Source: Sphingobium sp.
Lineage (GTDB): Bacteria > Pseudomonadota > Alphaproteobacteria > Sphingomonadales > Sphingomonadaceae
Length of the DNA stretch: 64,000 bases
Assembly: GCF_003248505.1 (NCBI RefSeq)
Contig: NZ_QFOA01000003.1
Coordinates: 17,697 to 81,696 of the forward strand
Direction: 5' to 3'
Part shown: piece by piece, positions 58,255 to 64,000 of the stretch
Layout of the letters: the number at the start of each line of letters is the position of its first letter
Numbering within the stretch: position 1 is the stretch's first letter
Notes under the pieces: generated by a model
Told to the model about the DNA's origin: nothing
The model's database searches: none
What the model saw: the letters and a program-made list of their open reading frames with translations, nothing else
Program-made: the position numbers and the translations under genes

Positions 58255-59067
58255 TCAGGGATGGTGGTGGTCGTGCCCTGAGTCATGGATCGCTTCGAGA
58301 ACGTCCTCCAGCCGTGCCGGATCGCCCAGCGCCAGCACATGGCCTGCGCTGTCCGCCGTCAGCGGCTCCCCGTTCCAATCGCACATCAGACCGCCCGCGC
58401 CCTCCACCACCGGCACGAGCGCAGCGAAGTCGTAGCTCTGCAAGCCCGATTCGATCACGATGTCGAGGAAGCCCGACGCCAGCAGCCCGTAATTATAGCA
58501 ATCCCCGCCATAGACCGGCCCTTGGCGCGGCGAACCGCCCGACACCGCAGCGACGAGCGCCATATAATGCGGCACGTCCCCATCGGCGAAAAGGTGCGGG
58601 CTGGTCGTCGCGATGCCGGCGCCTTCCAGTTTGGAGCAGGCGCGCGTGCGCACGGGCTTGCCGTTGAAGCAGGTCGGTTGGCCGCTCATCCCGGCCCAGC
58701 GTTCGCGTGCGACCGGCTGGTCGACGATGCCGATTGTCGGCCACCCCCCTTGCGTCAGCGCGATCAGCGTGCCGAAGATCGGCCGCCCCGCAATGAAGCT
58801 GCGCGTTCCGTCGATGGGGTCCAGAATCCACACCCGCTCGGCATCGGCGCGATCCGATCCATATTCCTCGCCGACGATGCCGTCGCCCGGCCTTTCCTTC
58901 TCCAGGATCGCGCGGATCGCCGCCTCCGCCGCGCGGTCGGCCTGCGTGACGGGCGACTTGTCGGCCTTCACCTCCACCTCGTAGCGCGCGCGGAAGAAGG
59001 GGCGGATCGCCTCGCCCGCGGCATCGGCGAGGCGGTGGGCAAGGGCAAGGTCGTCGCGGGTTGTCAT
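58255..59067 (-). CDS. hisN: inositol monophosphatase family protein, probably histidinol-phosphatase HisN
   Basis: IMPase motifs (GEEYG, WILDPIDGTRSFIAGRPIFGTLIAL, YGGDCYNYGLLA). The HisN subtype is inferred from this pattern only. His-rich tail HDSGHDHHHP. Confidence 0.6.
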   Translation of the reverse strand: MTTRDDLALAHRLADAAGEAIRPFFRARYEVEVKADKSPVTQADRAAEAAIRAILEKERPGDGIVGEEYGSDRADAERVWILDPIDGTRSFIAGRPIFGTLIALTQGGWPTIGIVDQPVARERWAGMSGQPTCFNGKPVRTRACSKLEGAGIATTSPHLFADGDVPHYMALVAAVSGGSPRQGPVYGGDCYNYGLLASGFLDIVIESGLQSYDFAALVPVVEGAGGLMCDWNGEPLTADSAGHVLALGDPARLEDVLEAIHDSGHDHHHP

Positions 59068-59143
59068 GGCGCAAGGCCCTAGCGGATCGCTTAAGCCTTC
59101 CGCAACCGTGCCGTTCTAGACAGGCGACGGGAAAGGGGCGGAC

Positions 59144-59380
59144 ATGGCGCTGATTGGCTGGATCGTGAGTTTCCTGGCGCTGTTCGGCGGCCTGGCATTG
59201 CGGCAGGACATGCCGATCGGCGGTTCGGACACGATATCCGACCTGCTGATCGCGCTTGCGGTGCTGGCCTGCCCGATGCTCTGGCGCGAAAAGCCGCTCG
59301 GCATTTCGCGCGGGCAGCGGATCGTCGTCGCGCTCATCCTCTTGTGCGCAACGCCGCTTCTCCTGATGCCGCCGACCTGA
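59144..59380 (+). CDS. hypothetical small membrane protein (78 aa)
   Basis: Three hydrophobic segments. AAAGGGG lies upstream of ATG 59144. No family recognised. Confidence 0.45.
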   Translation: MALIGWIVSFLALFGGLALRQDMPIGGSDTISDLLIALAVLACPMLWREKPLGISRGQRIVVALILLCATPLLLMPPT

Positions 59381-59386
59381 CGCGGT

Positions 59387-60322
59387 TCAGTCGAACAGGC
59401 TGGACACCGAACTTTCGTCCGCGATGCGCTTGATCGCCTCACCCAGCAGCGGGGCGATGGGCAGGTGGCGGATGCGCTGGGCGCCGTTGACCGCGTCGGT
59501 GCCCTGGATCGAATCGGTGATGACCAGTTCGAGCAGGTCCGACGCCTCGACCCGCGCCACCGCGCCGCCCGACAGCACGCCATGGCTCACATAAGCGACG
59601 ACCTCTTCCGCGCCGGCGGCCTTGAGTGCATTGGCCGCGTTGCAGAGCGTGCCCGCCGAATCGACGATATCGTCGATCAGCACGCAAAAGCGGCCCTTCA
59701 CGTCGCCGATGATGTTCATGACTTCCGATTCGCCCGCGCGCTCGCGCCGTTTGTCGACGATGGCGAGCGGCGCGTTGTCGAGCCGCTTGGCGAGCGCCCT
59801 CGCACGCACCACGCCGCCCACGTCAGGCGACACGACCATCAGGTTGCGGTCGCCGAACCGCGCCTGGATATCGGCGGACATGACCGGCGCACCGAACAGA
59901 TTGTCGGTCGGAATGTCGAAGAAGCCCTGGATCTGGCCGGCATGGAGGTCGACCGATAGCACCCGGTCGGCGCCCGCCGTGGTGATGAGGTTGGCCACCA
60001 GCTTGGCGCTGATCGGGGTGCGGGGGCCGGGCTTGCGGTCCTGCCGGGCATAGCCGAAATAGGGGACGACCGCCGTGATCCGCTTGGCCGACGCGCGTTT
60101 CAGCGCGTCGATCATGATCAGCAGTTCCATGAGGTTGTCGTTGGTGGGATAGGCCGTCGACTGGATGACGAACACGTCCTCGCCACGCACATTCTCGTGG
60201 ATTTCGACGAACACCTCTTCGTCGGCGAACCGACGCACGCTGGCGTCGGTCAGGGGAATCTCGATATAATCGGCGATGGCGGCCGCGAGCGGCTTGTTGG
60301 AATTGCCGGTCATGAGCTTCAT
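59387..60322 (-). CDS. prs: ribose-phosphate pyrophosphokinase
   Basis: [21 protein letters not shown]-terminus and PRPP-binding loop [13 protein letters not shown]. 311 aa from ATG 60322. Confidence 0.96.
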   Translation of the reverse strand: MKLMTGNSNKPLAAAIADYIEIPLTDASVRRFADEEVFVEIHENVRGEDVFVIQSTAYPTNDNLMELLIMIDALKRASAKRITAVVPYFGYARQDRKPGPRTPISAKLVANLITTAGADRVLSVDLHAGQIQGFFDIPTDNLFGAPVMSADIQARFGDRNLMVVSPDVGGVVRARALAKRLDNAPLAIVDKRRERAGESEVMNIIGDVKGRFCVLIDDIVDSAGTLCNAANALKAAGAEEVVAYVSHGVLSGGAVARVEASDLLELVITDSIQGTDAVNGAQRIRHLPIAPLLGEAIKRIADESSVSSLFD

Positions 60323-60449
60323 GGCCAAGACTCCCCGAAATGACGTGACGGAACGATGACGGTACGCAAGACGCGGCCCCTGTAGCGGCGGGCGACGCGG
60401 GTGGAAAGGCGTTTTGCGCCCGTACGCAAAATCGACTAGGGCGCGGCCC

Positions 60450-62105
60450 ATGACCGAAAAACTCGTGATCGCCCTGGCGCAGGCCACTCAAAGCGTGGGC
60501 GACCTTGCCGCCAATGCCGACGCGATGCTGGAATGGCGTGCGCGCGCGACCGGTGCGGACCTCATCGTCTTCCCCGAACTCCAGCTGATCGGCTATCCCC
60601 CTGAGGATCTGGTGCTCAAGCCCGCGCTGTTGGACCGCGCGAACGAGCAGCTGGACCGGCTGGCGCAGGCGACCGCGGACGGCGGCCCGGCGATGCTGGT
60701 GGGCACTGTCGTCGCGTCGCAGGGCGTGCTCTTCAACGTCGTCGCCCTGCTCGAGGGGGGGGCGGTCACCGCGATCCGCCAGAAGCGCGAGCTGCCCAAT
60801 TACGGGACGTTCGACGAAAAGCGCCTCTTCGCCCCCGGCCCGCTGCCCGCGCCCATCCCGTTCAAAGGTGTCCAGATCGGTGTCCCCATCTGTGAGGACA
60901 TCTGGTTCCCCTTCGTCACCGCGCATCTGAAAGCACAGGGCGCCGATATCCTCATCAGCCCCAACGGCAGCCCGTTCGAGGTGGACAAGGACGACCGCCG
61001 CATCAACGCCGTCGCCGGCACGCGGGTGCGCGAAACGGGGCTTCCGCTCGTCTATCTGAACCGCGTCGGCGGGCAGGACGAACTGGTGTTCGACGGGGCG
61101 TCGTTCGTCATGAACGGCGACCTCACGATCGCGCACCAGCTGCCCGACTGGGAAGAGGCGCTGGCATTCACGCACTGGGAAAGGCGGGACGGTCGCTGGA
61201 CCTGCGTTCCGGGCGATCGCCATGCGCTCGACGATCGACCGGCCGACATCTACAACGCGATGGTGCTGGGCCTGCGCGACTATGTGAACCGCAACCGGTT
61301 CCCCGGCGTCGTGCTCGGCCTGTCGGGCGGCATCGATTCCGCCCTGTCCGCTGCGGTCGCTGTCGACGCGCTCGGGGCAGACCGCGTCTGGTGTGTCATG
61401 ATGCCCTCGCGCTTCACCAGCCGGGAAAGCCTGGACGATGCGGTCGAATGTGCGCGGCTGCTGGGCGTGCGTTACGACAGCATCCCCATCGAACCGGCGG
61501 TCGGTGCGTTCGACGCGATGCTCGGCCCCGTGTTCGAAGGCCGCCAGCGCGATCTTGCCGAAGAGAATATCCAATCGCGCATTCGGGGCGTCACGCTGAT
61601 GGCCCTGTCCAACAAGTTCGGCCATATGCTGCTCACCACCGGCAACAAGAGCGAGATGTCGGTCGGCTACGCCACCATCTACGGCGACATGGCGGGCGGC
61701 TATTCGGTGCTGAAGGACGCCTACAAGACCACCGTCTTCGACCTCAGCCGCTGGCGCAATACGGCCAGGCCCTCGCTCGGCCTCGGGCCGTCCGGCCCGG
61801 TGATGCCCGACCGCGTCATCACCAAGCCGCCCAGCGCCGAACTGCGCGACAACCAGCGCGACGACGACAGCCTGCCCCCCTATGAGGTGCTGGACCCCAT
61901 CCTCTACGGCCTGGTCGAGGAGGAATTGTCGGTGGACCAGCTCGTCGCGCGCGGTTTCGACCGGGACACCGTCGCCCGGATCGAGCGCCTGCTGTACGTC
62001 GCGGAATATAAGCGCCGCCAGTCGCCCCCGGGCGTCAAGCTCGGCTCCCGCAATTTCGGGCGCGACCGCCGCTATCCCATCACCAATGCCTTCAGGACGA
62101 CATGA
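60450..62105 (+). CDS. nadE: glutamine-dependent NAD+ synthetase
   Basis: N-terminal nitrilase/CN-hydrolase domain ([22 protein letters not shown]) and C-terminal synthetase domain with P-loop [10 protein letters not shown]. Confidence 0.94.
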   Translation: MTEKLVIALAQATQSVGDLAANADAMLEWRARATGADLIVFPELQLIGYPPEDLVLKPALLDRANEQLDRLAQATADGGPAMLVGTVVASQGVLFNVVALLEGGAVTAIRQKRELPNYGTFDEKRLFAPGPLPAPIPFKGVQIGVPICEDIWFPFVTAHLKAQGADILISPNGSPFEVDKDDRRINAVAGTRVRETGLPLVYLNRVGGQDELVFDGASFVMNGDLTIAHQLPDWEEALAFTHWERRDGRWTCVPGDRHALDDRPADIYNAMVLGLRDYVNRNRFPGVVLGLSGGIDSALSAAVAVDALGADRVWCVMMPSRFTSRESLDDAVECARLLGVRYDSIPIEPAVGAFDAMLGPVFEGRQRDLAEENIQSRIRGVTLMALSNKFGHMLLTTGNKSEMSVGYATIYGDMAGGYSVLKDAYKTTVFDLSRWRNTARPSLGLGPSGPVMPDRVITKPPSAELRDNQRDDDSLPPYEVLDPILYGLVEEELSVDQLVARGFDRDTVARIERLLYVAEYKRRQSPPGVKLGSRNFGRDRRYPITNAFRTT

Positions 62106-63430
62106 CAGTCACCACCCGCTTCGCTCCATCCCCGACCGGGCACCTGCATGTCGGCAACATCCGCGCCGCGCTTCACAACTGGCTGTGGGCGCGCAAGTCC
62201 GGCGGGCGGTTCCTGCTGCGGCTCGACGACACCGACCTCGAACGGTCGCGCCCGGAATATGCCGATGCGATCCGCGCCGACCTCCGATGGCTCGGCCTCG
62301 ACTGGGACGGGGAGGAGAAACAGTCCGACCGCTTCGCCCTTTACGAAGATCGGTTTGCGGCGCTGAAGGCCGAGGGGCGGGTCTACCCCGCTTACGAAAC
62401 CGCGCAGGAACTCGATCTGCGGCGCAAGGTGCTGCTCGGGCGCGGCCTGCCCCCGGTCTACGACCGCGCCGCCTTGTCGCTGACGCCTGCGCAGGTCGCA
62501 GCTTTCGAAGCGGAAGGGCGCGTCCCGCACTGGCGGTTCAAGCTCGATCATGACACGCCGATCGTCTGGACCGATCTCATCCGGGGGGAGCAGCGTTTCG
62601 ACCCCCGATTGCTGTCCGATCCGGTCATCCGCCGGGCGGACGGATCGTGGCTCTACATGCTGCCGTCGGTCATCGACGATATCGCGATGGGCGTCAGCCA
62701 TGTGCTGCGGGGGGAGGATCATGTTTCCAATACCGCGACGCAGATCCAGATGTTCGACGCGCTCGGCGCGCCGCTCCCGTCCTTCGCGCACGAAGCGCTT
62801 CTGACCGGCACGGAGGGCAAGCTTTCGAAGCGGCTGGGGTCGCTCGGCGTCGCCCATTTCCGCGATCGGGGGATCGAACCGGCGGCGCTCCTCTCCCTGC
62901 TCGCGCGCCTTGGGAGTTCGCAACCGGTCGAACCGTTCGTTGACGTGGCGCCCTTGATCAATTCGTTCGATTTCGCCCATTTCGGTCGTGCGCCCGCCCG
63001 CTTCGACGAAGTCGAACTGGCAACGCTCAATCAAAAGATCGTGCACCTTCTTCCCCACGAAGCGGTGGCGGATCGCTTGCCCCAGGGCATGGATGTCGCC
63101 GCTTGGGACGCCATCCGCCCCAATCTCGAAACGGTGGCGGGCGCGGCGGACTGGTGGCGCATCGTCACCGGACCTGTCGATGCGCCGGGACCGGACGCGG
63201 ATGACCGGGATTATCTGGCGGCGGCGCACGCGATCCTGTCGGACGTCTCCTTCGATGCGGACATATGGCGCACGCTGACCGGCGTGCTCAAGGATCGGAC
63301 CGGGCGCAAGGGCAAGGCGCTGTTTCTGCCGCTGCGCCGTGCGCTGACCGGGCTCGATCATGGGCCGGACATGGCGCTGCTCCTGCCGCTGATCGGGCGG
63401 GACGAAGCGTTGCGGCGCCTGTCGGTCTAG
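62102..63430 (+). CDS. gltX: glutamate-tRNA ligase (short, about 440-aa type)
   Basis: HIGH-type motif SPTGHLHVGN and KLSKR in place of KMSKS. ATG 62102 overlaps the nadE stop (ATGA). Confidence 0.85.
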   Translation: MTVTTRFAPSPTGHLHVGNIRAALHNWLWARKSGGRFLLRLDDTDLERSRPEYADAIRADLRWLGLDWDGEEKQSDRFALYEDRFAALKAEGRVYPAYETAQELDLRRKVLLGRGLPPVYDRAALSLTPAQVAAFEAEGRVPHWRFKLDHDTPIVWTDLIRGEQRFDPRLLSDPVIRRADGSWLYMLPSVIDDIAMGVSHVLRGEDHVSNTATQIQMFDALGAPLPSFAHEALLTGTEGKLSKRLGSLGVAHFRDRGIEPAALLSLLARLGSSQPVEPFVDVAPLINSFDFAHFGRAPARFDEVELATLNQKIVHLLPHEAVADRLPQGMDVAAWDAIRPNLETVAGAADWWRIVTGPVDAPGPDADDRDYLAAAHAILSDVSFDADIWRTLTGVLKDRTGRKGKALFLPLRRALTGLDHGPDMALLLPLIGRDEALRRLSV

Positions 63431-64000
63431 GCCATCGCTTCCAGCGCCTGGCCCACCGCCAATATGCCTTCGGGCGACGCGGCAAAGCCCATATGGGTGC
63501 AATCGACCTCGATCGCCTTGTCCCGCTCACCCGCACGACCCTTGGCGCATTCGGGCAGGATCACGCCGTCGCGCCGCGACCACAGCGCAACGGTGGGCAC
63601 CGGGGGCTTTTCCTCGCGCGTGCAGGGGAAAGGCGGTCTGTCGACGGGAAAGCCCGACACCAGCTGATAAAGCCGCCAGGCGTGATTGGCGCGGGGATCG
63701 CCCGAAAAGGGGGTGCCCATCGTCACCACGCCGCCGACCTTTTCCGGCGAAAACTTGGCATATTCGCGCGCATAGAGCCCACCCAGGCTCCAACCCACCA
63801 GCGTCACGGGCGCGCTGCTTTGCTGCCGGATCGCGTCGACGCGCGCGTCGATCTTTTCCAGGCTGTCGGGACGCGGGCCGAAGTTCCGCCCCATGCCCCA
63901 GTCATGCGCGGCAAATCCTGCGGCGGTAAGGATATGCCGCATCCATTCCATCCGCTGTTCGGACGCCATCAGGCCGGGGATCAGTAGAACCTGCCGCCCG
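63427..64000 (-). CDS. alpha/beta hydrolase fold protein (5' end outside window)
   Basis: Nucleophile elbow GWSLGG. The frame stays open past the listed ATG 63969 to the window edge (GRQVLLIPGLMASEQ...). Confidence 0.7.
   Translation of the reverse strand, partial: GRQVLLIPGLMASEQRMEWMRHILTAAGFAAHDWGMGRNFGPRPDSLEKIDARVDAIRQQSSAPVTLVGWSLGGLYAREYAKFSPEKVGGVVTMGTPFSGDPRANHAWRLYQLVSGFPVDRPPFPCTREEKPPVPTVALWSRRDGVILPECAKGRAGERDKAIEVDCTHMGFAASPEGILAVGQALEAMA

Noticed and set aside
59041-59070. The His-rich C-terminal tail (HDSGHDHHHP, encoded at 58258-58287) of the IMPase/HisN-like protein as a special metal-binding module.
   Set aside because: It is a short low-complexity tail that is plausibly incidental. 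No adjacent metal-related genes are present, and it cannot be evaluated from sequence alone.

Overview
High-G+C chromosomal segment. Gene content looks alphaproteobacterial and most likely sphingomonad. That is an inference from DUF1134 and DUF2093 genes, bamE / ubiquinol-cytochrome c chaperone / yceD synteny, the ybgC-tolQRAB-pal order and a large TonB-dependent receptor. I call about 60 protein genes and one tRNA-Ser(GCU).

Most of the window is housekeeping: ftsK, lolA, xthA, ribA, glnD, mutS, maeB, dinB, bamE, clpB, xseA, purD, tol-pal, hbd, pheST, rplT, rpmI, prs, nadE and gltX. I saw no transposase, integrase, rRNA or CRISPR array.

Accessory or less explained parts:
1. A sigma54/PspF-controlled psp locus. 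The promoter lies about 340 bp upstream of pspA. It first reads an unannotated 57-aa hydrophobic ORF. The pspABC genes are followed by three further PspB-like single-pass membrane proteins. This is the best candidate for something undescribed.
2. A translationally coupled polysaccharide-deacetylase-like / ATP-grasp pair. Its 3' end overlaps a convergent orphan low-molecular-weight tyrosine phosphatase.
3. A five-gene, fully stop/start-overlapping MarR-FUSC-DUF1656-HlyD-NodT efflux operon with a palindromic operator.
4. A visibly lower-G+C block (about 33.5-38.2 kb) holding a 2OG-Fe(II) oxygenase, a TonB-dependent receptor with twin palindromes in its leader, and a secreted protein of unknown function.
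5. Two structured intergenic spacers near lolA that could encode small RNAs.

All functional calls rest on motifs read in the supplied translations. No database search was run. Start codons are my choices and several have alternatives.
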